A stretch of DNA of 64,000 nucleotides from positions 138,538-202,537 of the forward strand of contig MU004235.1 of the NCBI GenBank assembly GCA_010405405.1. The letters run 5' to 3'. Under the pieces are notes generated by a model. It did not search any database and was not told where the DNA came from. It worked only from the letters and a program-made list of their open reading frames with translations. Both the position numbers and the translations under genes were made by a program. Source of the stretch: Microthyrium microscopicum (Eukaryota). Below, one piece after another: positions 12,129 to 23,251 of the stretch; the stretch's first letter is position 1; each line of letters begins with the position of its first letter.

Positions 12129-15100
12129 ATGACTTCCGAAAAGGACCAGAACGCGATGCCAACGGATCACGATGCAAAGCACGATACCCCCAGTCCTTCC
12201 GCACGCTCTGCAGCCTCTCTTGATCACACCAACGAGAAGACCGATGGCATAGAGACACTCGAACCCATACTTGCGGCAGCCCCCGAAGGAGCGCACACTC
12301 TCACAAAATTAGATTCCAAAGTAGTGGAAGCAAAAGACAAGAGTCCGGATCCTTTCGCGCATCTGCCAGAGGATGAGGCGTTGGTGCTTCGGAACCAGGT
12401 CGATACTCCAGATGTCGACGTGGGATATTTTACATTGTTCAAATATGCGAACGGAAGGGATTGGGCAATATTTTCGATAGCAGTGTTTTGTGCTATCGTG
12501 GCTGGTGCTGCAATGCCACTCATGACAGTAAGTTCGGGCCAAGTAATGATATCTTGAAAGACGTCGCTAATTTGTGCCAGGTTGTTTTTGGTGGTTTGGC
12601 AGGACAATTTTCTTCCTATTTCCAAGGACAAATACCATATGCTCAATTTGAGCACAAGCTATCCACCATGGTGCTCTATTTTATTTACTTGGCAGTTGGT
12701 ATGTAGAGTTGTGTTGTTATAGACATAGACTTGACTGGCAGTTGCTGACTTCAGAACAGGCAGTTTTATAACCACCTACATTTACGTTACTGGCTTCGTT
12801 TTCGTCGGTGAGCATTGCGCTCAAAAGATTCGAGAGCAGTACCTGCGGGCAATGTTGCGGCAAAATATCGGATTCTTTGATGACCTTGGATCTGGCGAGG
12901 TCACCACCAGAATCACCGCGGACACCAACGTCATCCAGGATGGCATAAGCGAAAAGCTTGGCCTCACACTAAACGCTCTTGCAACGTTCATCTCGGCTTT
13001 TGTTATTGCCTTTGTCCGATCATGGAAGCTTACCTTGATTCTGATCTCTGGTGTGGTTACTATCGTGGTTGTTATGGGCGTTGGTGGCTCGACCATGGTA
13101 AGACTGACACAGCAAACTCAAGTTGAATATGGAAAATCCGGTACCGTTGCTGAGGAAGTCTTGAGTTCTGTTCGCAATGCCATGGCCTTCAACACCCAGG
13201 AGAAGCTAGCCCGACAATATGACGCATTTCTCAGACGGGCAGAGAAGGACGGACGACGAGTCCAGTCCATGCAAGGAACAATGATCGCAATAATGATGTG
13301 TATTGTCAACCTCATGTATGGCCTTGGGTTCTGGGAAGGGTCTCGACTTTTGGTTGCTGGCGAATTGAACGTCTCCAAAATTCTCACTGTCAACTTTGCT
13401 GTTATCATTGGATCCTTCTCACTCGGAAACGTGGCACCCAACGCTAAAGCCTTTGCTTCTGCCGTTGCAGCAGGAAAGAAGATTTTTGGGTCGATTGAGC
13501 GAAACTCTCCGATGAACCCGGATTCCGAGGATGGTCTAAAGCCGGACAGTCTTGTGGGCACTATTGAGCTTAAAGGCATCAAGCACATCTATCCATCGCG
13601 ACCTGAAGTTACAGTCATGGATGGTGTGAATCTGTTGATTCCTGCCGGTAAACAAACTGCTCTAGTCGGAGCCTCCGGATCCGGTAAAAGCACAATCGTT
13701 GGACTCGTTGAGCGATTCTATGACCCAGTCCGTGGACAAGTTTTCTTGGATGGACGCGATGTTCGGGATATCAACTTGCGCTGGTTGAGACAGCAAATCG
13801 CGCTTGTTCAACAAGAACCTGTTCTCTTCTCTACTACCATTTTTGAGAACATCAGCTATGGACTGCAGGGTTCTCAGTGGGATAGTGTATCGGACGACAA
13901 GAAAGCAGATATGATCTACGACGCCGCCAAAATGGCCAACGCGCACGACTTTATCTCTGCTCTTCCGGATGGTTACAACACAAAAGTTGGTCAACGTGGA
14001 TTTCTTCTTTCTGGTGGACAAAAACAACGAGTTGCCATCGCACGTGCAGTAGTCAGCGATCCACGTATCCTGCTTCTCGATGAAGCCACTTCGGCGCTGG
14101 ATACCAAGAGTGAAGGTGTTGTGCAAGCCGCCCTCGACAAAGCAGCCCAAGGCCGAACTACTATTGTTATTGCCCATCGTCTCAGTACTATCAAGAACGC
14201 CGATAACATCGTCGTCATGTCAGCGGGTAAGATTATCGAGCAAGGATCTCACGATGTCCTGCTCGACAAAAAGGCCGCGTACTTCAATCTTGTCGAGGCC
14301 CAACGTATTGCTGCAGAGCAAGACGCGGACGGAAATGATATCGAAGCCACTGAAGAAGTGGACACTGGAAAGAGCGAGGCTCTGAAGGCAATCGAGAAAG
14401 GCACTTTCATCGCTGATCCAGCCGATGCCGACCCAGCAAAATTGACGCGTACTCAAACCGAACAATCAAAGAGCAGTCTGATCATGGCTCAGCGAAAGCA
14501 AGAAGCAGACAAGAAATACTCGCTCTGGACATTGATTAAGTTAGTCTGGAGTTTCAACCGAAAGGAATGGCCCCTTGCCGTGGTAGGCTTCTTTTTCTCG
14601 GCTATTGCTGGTGCTGGTCAGCCTGTTCAGTCCATTTTCTTCGCCAAGTCCATTCAAACAATCAGTTTGCCTCCAAGCATGTATGGCAAGCTTCGCCACG
14701 ATATTGATTTTTGGTGTCTCATGTACTTGATGCTTGCTTTTGTTCTGCTGATCTCCAACGCAGCGCATGCATGGGCATTCGGTTTCTGCCAGGAAGCGAT
14801 TATTCACCGCGCTCGTATAAAGGCCTTCCGTACTCTGCTTCGCCAAGATGTTGCATTCTTTGACGAAGAGAAAAACACTAGCGGAGGTCTCACGTCTTTC
14901 CTCTCTGTGACCATTATCGATCTTGCCGGTCTTTCCGGATCCACTTTGGGAACGATCTTGATGGTTTCCACAACACTTGTCGCTGGATTGATCGTCTCGT
15001 TGGTCATCGGATGGAAACTGGCCCTCGTCTGTATCGGAGCGATTCCAATTCTTATTGGGTGTGGATACCTCCGATTTTCGATGCTTTCTCGCTTCCAAGC

Positions 15101-16353
15101 ACGGTCCAAGGCCGCGTATGAAGGCTCTGCTGGTTTCGCTTGCGAAGCCACTTCCGCCATCCGAACAGTCGCATCACTTTCCCGAGAAGGCGATGTCTGG
15201 GATAAGTACCATGGTCAACTCGAAGTGCAAGCACAAAAGAGTTTCAAATCAGTTTTGAAGTCATCGCTGCTGTTTGCTGCATCCCAGTCTCTTGTCTTCC
15301 TCTGTGTTGCACTTGGCTTCTGGTATGGTGGTACCTTGATCGCGAAACATGAATACTCCATGTTCCAGTTCTTCGTCTGCTTCCAGTCCATCATTTTTGG
15401 AGCCCAATCTGCGGGTACGATTTTCTCATTTGCCCCAGACATGGGTAAGGCTAGACATGCTGCCGAGGACCTTAAGAGATTGTTCGATCGGAAACCAACC
15501 ATCGACTCGTGGTCTGAGGAAGGAGAGCGCCTCGAGCACATGGATGGTTACATTGAGTTCCGCGATGTCCATTTCCGATACCCGACCCGACCGGATCAGC
15601 CCGTGCTTCGTGGGCTTAACCTTACCGTCAAACCCGGCCAATATGTCGCCCTGGTGGGTGCATCAGGCTGTGGAAAGTCAACCACTATTGCGCTCATGGA
15701 GCGCTTCTATGACCCTATTCCTGTCACAGGCAGTGGAGTATTCGTTGATGGCAAAGACATTTCAAAACTCCACCTCAACACCTACCGAAGTCACTTGGCT
15801 CTCGTGAGTCAAGAGCCTACTCTATATCAAGGCACAATTCGTGAGAACATTCTTCTCGGTGCAGACCGTGAGGACGTTCCTGAAGAGGAGATTGTAAAAG
15901 CATGCAAGAACGCCAACATTTACGACTTTATCATGTCGCTTCCTGAAGGATTCAGCACAGTTTGCGGCTCCAAGGGTACATTACTCAGCGGTGGACAAAA
16001 GCAGCGTGTTGCAATCGCGAGAGCGTTATTGCGCAATCCCAAGATCTTATTGTTGGATGAGGCAACATCTGCTCTTGATTCTGGTAAGTTACAATCCCCG
16101 CAAGTTTCGCATAGTACCCAACTAACCATGCACAGAATCCGAAAAGGTCGTACAAGCTGCACTCGATGCCGCCGCCCGAGGACGAACAACCATTGCCGTT
16201 GCCCATCGTCTGTCCACTATTCAAAAAGCAGACATCATCTATGTGATTGATGCTGGCAAGGTTGTCGAGCAAGGCACCCACAACGAGCTTCTAGGCAAGC
16301 GTGGTCGTTATGCCGAACTTGTGACCTTGCAGTCCCTAGAAAAGGGTGCTTAG
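12129..16353 (+). CDS. mdr1: Full-size ABCB/MDR1 (P-glycoprotein-type) multidrug exporter, TMD-NBD-TMD-NBD
   Basis: Two Walker A motifs ([18 protein letters not shown]), two LSGGQKQR signatures, two [11 protein letters not shown] motifs. Introns 12528-12580, 12699-12759 and 16084-16135; stop TAG at 16351-16353. Confidence 0.95.
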
Positions 16354-17261
16354 GCCCGATTTTTCTTTAATGTTTTGTTCGTGTTGAGATTGTTCAAAAA
16401 AGCATTGGGTTGGCGTCGCAAGATACACTGTTAATAAGCATAATAGCACGTTGAAGGCCGTTGGTGGCTTAGCGAATTTGGATGATGTACATTGTGCACA
16501 GTTTGATACTAGAGATGGCCTGCAAAGTAAGGCCGCGGAAGCTTATAGATTATAGTATATTTGGCAGATGGTAGTAATGTACTTTTGTAATACCGACTCT
16601 GCATCTTTTCTATTTTTCTAATGATTCTCATTAACTCGATTTCACCAGCTCTTCGATTCATGCGATCCATGTCGCTACTTAGGTAGCTTGTAATTTGTTT
16701 CCTTCAAGCATCTACGTTGTACGATTTGTGGAGCCAATCGAACAATGTTCTGTTCAGCCATGTTTAACTTTGACACAAGCGAAGAGTGTTAGTGAGATTG
16801 GAGAAAAGTTTCGAGAAGGGCCGAAGTAATATGTTGTTTTTGTTACACTAATTTACAAAGAGACATGACTTGTGTGACGATGCAGTGCTTACCCGTTATA
16901 TATCCACATCTTGTACTATGAGGACAACTCAATTTGACGATGGCAATAAATGTTGACTCTAACGGGTATTATTGTGTCTTTGCTTGTCGTGTTTGCGAGA
17001 TGTGGTTCTCAAGTGGCGGTCATGATACGATTCCAGAGACTCGGAGAGCAGGTACGATGGAATGGACTGGTACTTGGGAACAACCCAGAATCCAATGTGC
17101 AATGTCCTTTTTCACGACAAAGAGGTGCCTTGAAACTGTGCATTGTGCTCATAACACAGCTTCGAAGGATCAAATCACCACGCACAGCCATTTCAATTCC
17201 CCGGATCCAAAGTTTGTTGCAAAAGAGCACCCACCGAGTACGGCACTGATATCAGCTCACC

Positions 17262-18605
17262 ATGGCCAATACATTCCTACACCCGAATGACACATTGCTC
17301 AACCATCTCTTCCCTGCTGCCAAACCCAAGATTCTTCAAATCACCAAAAGCGAGCGTACCATCTGTGTGTTCCGAGTGTTCTTTGATGCAGAACCATTTC
17401 CTGGAGCACCAAAAGCGTTGATTGTCCATCTCGAAAGTTCTGATGATCGAACCAAGCCTGCGTTGTTTAAGGATGTTGGCATCTCCAGGGTCGCCGCACT
17501 CGCTATTCCCGATTATATTGTTCCGACGCTGGCTTTTGGGAGCTACAAGCTAGGTGACAGACCCGTGGCTTTTGCCGTAAAAAAGTTCTTGCCTCGAGTA
17601 GTACCATTGAGCAATGTTTGGAGTGAGCTGGCAATCTCCCAGCAGGAAGATATAATGAATGTAAGATTCTTCAAGTCGACTGAAAATGCCATGGATGTTA
17701 TGCTACAGCATCTTCATAGGTATTGAGATTAATGAATAAACAATGTGCTGACTGGCTACTAGTCACTGCACGACATAGTGAAGAAGTTTCACTTCATGGA
17801 CCTGAAAACCAAGGAAGTTCAAGAGGTTCTGTTTTGTTTGGACAGAGCCCGGTTTGCTCGCGACCAACGGACGCCTTACTTCCAGCCATATCTTCTGGAA
17901 TGGATCAAGACACATGTGGACAGGAATCCGCTTCTGACATTCGAAGAGAGGGATGGCAAAATTCGCATCTGTTCTTCCGTTCCAGAACTCAAGAGCATTG
18001 TGATGGAGCGGGCGGGATTACAGCTTCTGGAAGCATATACCTATCTCTCCCATGGCAATCTGGAGCCAAAGAATATTCTAGTCCGACCAGTGTGCAGAAA
18101 GTATGCTCCAGCGGGATACGAGATCATAGCAATCGTGAACTGGCAGAATGCATCACTCATGCCCTCGGCCATCGAATGGGCCAGCAAAGACAACCTTTTC
18201 GGGTACAAAGGTTCAGATGCTGAATGGTACACGCTGTACAAGACAAAGCTCCGCGATCTGGTTCCCAAAGAGGAAGAGCATTATCAACTGGTCATGACCT
18301 GGCGCCTCATACATGATGCTTGGTGTATGTTAGCATCAGATAAGGTCGAAAACGAGTTTCGACGGCGCTGGTTGATAAGAGAAGGATTCGAATTAAGCGA
18401 TGACCCGTTGGATGGCTGGAAACGCGTGAACAAGCCAGAGCCGCCGGTGAAGATCGATCCGAGGAGGGAGCCGGAGAATACTAGACACAGACTGTTAGTG
18501 GAGCTTGAGAATGAGCGTGTTGCACGAGAGCCACGCACAGTCATGGGAAGAGACGATGAGAAGCTGGAGAAGGAAGTGCGAAGAGACATGGGCCTTCTCG
18601 ATTAG
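17262..18605 (+). CDS. Aminoglycoside phosphotransferase (APH)/protein-kinase-like fold protein, probable pseudokinase
   Basis: ORFs 17262-17726 and 17778-18605 join via intron 17661-17762 (GTAAGA...CTGAC...TAG). APH-like motifs LSNVWSEL, LSHGNLEPKNILV and IIAIVNWQNASLMPSAIEW. Confidence 0.75.
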
Positions 18606-19918
18606 AAGACTGCGTATTGTTCAAGTGAGCAGGGATAGGCGGACTTACGTCCAATCTTTCGCAACAACCAGGCTTCAGAGAGCCTGAAGCTTCCCACCAA
18701 AGCCGTTACGATGCATTACTGGTCGCAGTAGAGTTAGAGATCGCAAGACTGGGCTCCTTGAAGGACCTCATGGTATTCTCGCAACGAGCACTTCGGATTT
18801 CGTTTTCAAAGGATGGAGATCAGGGGACGAGAAGGGGATGAGGAGACGAAGAAATACTGATTTGTCCTAAAACAGCGACATGGGTAAAACAATGGTGAAA
18901 GTATGGATTCAGAATTGGACTTGTCAAAACATGTGATGAAACCAGCTATGGCCTGTGAGGATATATCTATTCTTGTAAGCGTAACTTGACTACATTGTGT
19001 ATCAAACTATCAAATATAAGGACCACCAAACCAAAATTCTGTCTCAGTGAAGTTATAACTAGGAAAACCCAGAACACACAGTAGCATCGCCAATTACTGC
19101 AATGGTATTTCTCCAAAGTACAAGCACTTACTCTCACTGGGAACAAATTGCTTTACGGAGTAATGGCGGCGCCTAAGTCTGCTCTGGAATCTAGATCGAC
19201 ACTGAACAGCCATTCGGAGGCTGCATAATAGTACCTCGAAGCAAGAACGGCAGTCTATCACGCGATACTAATCCCACTCTGGACGAGATGACCTGGATTG
19301 CTGCATAAGAGCAGCAAAGAGCCCACGCGAGCGGGATGTCAGGCCTACTCACTGCTCTCTCTTGAGTCAATGAAATCTATAGAGACAGAGTTATACCCAT
19401 CAAGGCGGTCTAGCCCGGTCGCAGCTACATTTGAGGCTACCCTCTTCAGTGTCTTCATCACAATGTATTGGTGGAAAGGCATCGAATATGTGCACTACGC
19501 GAGATGGCTTACATCGGTGGGTCCCCCAGGTTCCCGCTGACCTGGGCTGCGTGGGTTCTTGGTATTGGCAGGATGCTCAAGGAGCCGCGCTGATGACTGC
19601 GAAGGTCATACCAATGGAAAGATCATGGTATGGGCGTGGGTTTGGTTCACGTAATGGAGTGTCGCTTCAGTGTTTGCCACGGAGGAAATTGCGCAAAGAC
19701 CGGAGAAGGCACGAATGAAAAAGAGGAGTCGGGCGAGGCCGAAAGTAGTATGCTCAAGGTGAAGATTCTGCAGCTCAGGGTTAATGGCTGATAATTGCAG
19801 AGGTTCTCAATGGCTGTTTTTGCGGAAAGGGTGTCAATGAAGTGATATATTTGGCTGGAGAGGAGCTGACCACAGTATTGCCCTGCATGTCACAATAGCC
19901 ACGATAGAAACAAGGGAA

Positions 19919-20252
19919 TTGACGCCATTTTGATCAAGTTTTACAGAGTTTGGAAAAATAATGGGATATGACGCAATCTGGACGGATTATGGGGGCAGAA
20001 GGCTTTGGGACAGCCTTAATCTTGTCCCAAATAGGAAATCAATACACTGGAGTAGTCCTCGTCTGGGAGTCATCTTACGCTTCCAGAGGCAGGTTTGACG
20101 CTGCTCCCGATGGAAAAGAAACAGAGCGACTAGAACTTCAGCGGCTGGACTGAGCAAAGCAGCCACAAAAAGTATTAGGAGCGCAATTATTGTCGATGGT
20201 TCAGGTGTTCTCGAGGGGTTGAAGTGCAGTGAGAGCACGCCTTTTCACGTGA
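19919..20252. promoter_or_regulatory. Candidate sulfur-regulon motifs upstream of the bZIP gene
   Basis: TTGACGCCAT (19919-19928) and ATGACGCAAT (19968-19977) are each 9/10 matches to ATGRYRYCAT. TCACGTGA (20245-20252) is a Cbf1-type E-box. Confidence 0.35.
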
Positions 20253-20616
20253 TGAACCAGCTCACTCAACATTAATCAAGATACACCTCTGCATCATTCG
20301 ACCCTCATCAGACCTTTATTCGTGTCATTAATTGATTCTTGCGCTTCTCAACTCCATTGCGGCCTGAAATATCGCCTTTTCCGGCTTCTCCAGCTCATCC
20401 GCTGCCGCTCTCACGCCCATATCAAACACCCTCTATAGCCTCGCTTCCGGTTCAGGACACTGTCACTTTACGACCGTGTTTCAGTACCGCAGCCATTGGT
20501 ACTCTCTGGATGCAAGCACAAACAAGCTCGTACTACCCCATCAGGTCGCGCTGGCTGCACAGAACCCTCCCCGACGCCTACTGTGTTGATCCAAACGCTG
20601 TCTTTCTGCGCCCGCC

Positions 20617-21276
20617 ATGTCCCAAGACCACCACCATGCCTACTCCTCGCGAGCTGGTCCTCCACCATCCTCCAGCGCTGGCCACTGGAGTACTCAAGCC
20701 CCAGAAGTCGGTCCCTATCCCCTAGTTGACAGTATGGCCTATTCACAGGATGATTTATCTCCTCACGATGATCCCAGCATGCACATGGGAAGCCCATCTT
20801 CCATGGATCAACACGTCATTGGCGACAATTCCTACTTGGGCCAAGGCTATCTAACCTCACCCATCAGCCCGCCCAATGGCACTATGCCAGGTTCGCCTAT
20901 GCCCGGCTCCCAGTTCTTCAACATGATGGATCCTCTAGCCCATGGCGGCGATGAAATCATCTCAGCCGCCATTGAAGAGGACAAGCGCCGCCGCAACACG
21001 GCAGCCAGCGCACGTTTCCGCATGAAGAAGAAGGAGCGCGAGGCAGAGCTGGAACGCACGACCAAGAACATGGCTGACCGCTGCGATGAACTGCAGCGTC
21101 GCATCTCCAAGCTGGAAACGGAGAATCGCTGGCTGCGAGAGCTCATTACAGAGCGCAGTCGGAACCGCGGACGTCGACCAGGGCAAAATCGCAGCGTCGA
21201 AGACAAGGACCGTGAAAAGGAGGGCGAGCGAGCCAGCGAACAGCGACAGCCTCGTGGAATGCGGATCCGAAAGTAA
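20617..21276 (+). CDS. bZIP transcription factor, MetR/Cys-3 family
   Basis: Basic region EEDKRRRNTAASARFRMKKKERE followed by a leucine zipper (LERTTKNMADRCDELQRRISKLETENRWLRELI). Confidence 0.9.
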   Translation: MSQDHHHAYSSRAGPPPSSSAGHWSTQAPEVGPYPLVDSMAYSQDDLSPHDDPSMHMGSPSSMDQHVIGDNSYLGQGYLTSPISPPNGTMPGSPMPGSQFFNMMDPLAHGGDEIISAAIEEDKRRRNTAASARFRMKKKEREAELERTTKNMADRCDELQRRISKLETENRWLRELITERSRNRGRRPGQNRSVEDKDREKEGERASEQRQPRGMRIRK

Positions 21277-21806
21277 TGTGCTGTAATGTCTAATTGATGT
21301 AAGCCCCACAACAATTCAATTTTCATAGTGGATATCAGGACTAATGAATTTGTACTAGACCCTAGTCCAAGGGCTGGACCTTGGAACGCGAATATATGTA
21401 TGCTAGAAGGTTGAGTAGATGTACATGGGACGTATCTACGGTTTTTCGGTATTGCTATCACCAAAGTTGTTTCTCACTTCTACGCTGTACCATGCGGTCT
21501 CTACTACTTGTCGGCCTGTATCCTGTACCTATGGTTAACAGCCAATCACGCGATTTGCTCAAGCAACAACTATTCGACTTGGTTGCGTTTATCAGTGTAC
21601 ATAGATCTACAACGAATGATGACGACTGCCCGTCCAATCATTGGCGATTGCAGCCTTGAAGACTACCCTACAAACATGTCTTCATAAAGCAATATAAGGT
21701 CAATAGCCGATGTGGCATAAGTTCAAATGCTAGAGACCGCGATAGCAAAGCTATCTAAGCCCCATAGAATGTATTCCGCTCTTCAGCCTCTTCTCCTTTC
21801 CAACAC

Positions 21807-22298
21807 TTAACCCACTTGCCGATCCGCAATACCCATCAGCAACGCGCCCACCAATGCACATGGCGGCCCCCAGATCCAGTGCCCTATATTTTCTGCGCCC
21901 TTTTCTCCAAGAGAATTCTCGCCACCATAAGTTCTCACAACCGCGCCATCGACCAGCGAAATACCGCTCAGAGCTATCAAAATCGCGCCCATTGTTTTAC
22001 GATGCCCGTAGTATGCTGCGATCATGACTGTAAGTCCCATATAGATGGCGCGTATTGCATAGAGATACATGGTAGGCTCCAGGAGCGGGTCTGTAGCAGA
22101 CGGGAAGAGGAAGAAGATATTCATGGCAGACATTGGACGCAAGAAGGCATTAATTCCATAGCCGAGTGGGACAGCGCCAAAAGACCTAGGACAGTTAACA
22201 TAGAGTAGGAAGAGACAGGATAGACCGACGACTTACGCGGCAATGACACGAAGGAACGGCGAATGGGACAGCAGACGGCTAGGTGATGATGAAGCCAT
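21807..22298 (-). CDS. Small integral membrane protein, DUF4267-like
   Basis: ATG at 22298; intron 22186-22236 (GTAAGT...TTAAC...TAG). Four hydrophobic segments; motifs YAIRAIYMG, DG-x-VV and GHW. Confidence 0.75.
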
Positions 22299-22457
22299 GA
22301 GTATGTGGATAGAAGCTGAAAAGTTGCCTTTCGCCTACCAAAGTTTATGATTTTTGAAGGTTGTGCAGAGATGAAGGAGATGGGGGAGATGGCGATCTAA
22401 ATAGGAGGTACTCTTATGAATCGCGTAGTGGCCAAGAGATCGCGTGATCCAAGTAGC

Positions 22458-22487
22458 TTGAGCTACGGAGGTACCTCCGTAGCTCAA
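22458..22487. repeat. Perfect 30-bp palindrome containing CGG-N8-CCG
   Basis: TTGAGCTACGGAGGT|ACCTCCGTAGCTCAA, no spacer, about 160 bp upstream of the DUF4267-like gene start. Confidence 0.9.
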
Positions 22488-23251
22488 CATCAACTTTTGA
22501 TCTCTACTACATAGTACTCTGTAGTACACTGTATCCCACACCACATACATAGCTTCTATCTTGTTGTATCTATGAGTTGGTGATAGATGATGTCATGTTG
22601 TATCACCAAGATATGCGTCTCACCTATCTGTCAGCCAAAAGCACTGCCCGGTATTTTACTTGCCCTTTCTATTTTGCATCTGGTCAGCATAGACGTACTC
22701 AGGCCGTCTGAATGGCACACTCCGAACCTTTTTTTACTCGGGCTCTAATAGAACTTCGGGATTTGTCTGACTCAGGGTGCCTATAATGACTTGTTCTGTT
22801 CACTTGCGCAGCTGGTATGTTATGATAGCGAGCCGAACAATCGTTCCTCGCCCATGTCTTTACAGTCCTTGCTAATCACAAATCAGACCGCCTTCGCAAC
22901 GCCAGATTAACGCTTTGTGGTAGCTTTGTGGAAGCAGAATGGTGAGACCAGAACATTGACAGTATCCGCTGCCGTCAAGCAAGCGTCTCGATTGTAATGC
23001 TACTATACAAGAGGTACAATACAAATATCAAGTCAAAGCTGTCTCGACCGTACAGTGACATGATACATGTAGCCACCACGTCCTTTCTAGCCAAAACATA
23101 GCAGGTATGGCTCGTATATTATATCTCTTAGCAATTGACCTTGCCGAAATCACGATTATTCGTGATTTTTCATCAAGGCAATCCGTCGTCCTCTTGCTGA
23201 TACGCCATGATCATGTTTTGGTGATTTCTCCCGCGGAAGCTCAGTGCCTTT

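Noticed and set aside
12224..16281. Antisense and alternative-frame ORFs over the ABC transporter (and similarly over other genes)
   Set aside because: Shadow ORFs of well-supported genes.
23147..23168. 9-bp-arm hairpin AAATCACGA-ttat-TCGTGATTT followed by Ts, resembling a bacterial terminator
   Set aside because: Eukaryotic 3' UTR context, and short enough to arise by chance.
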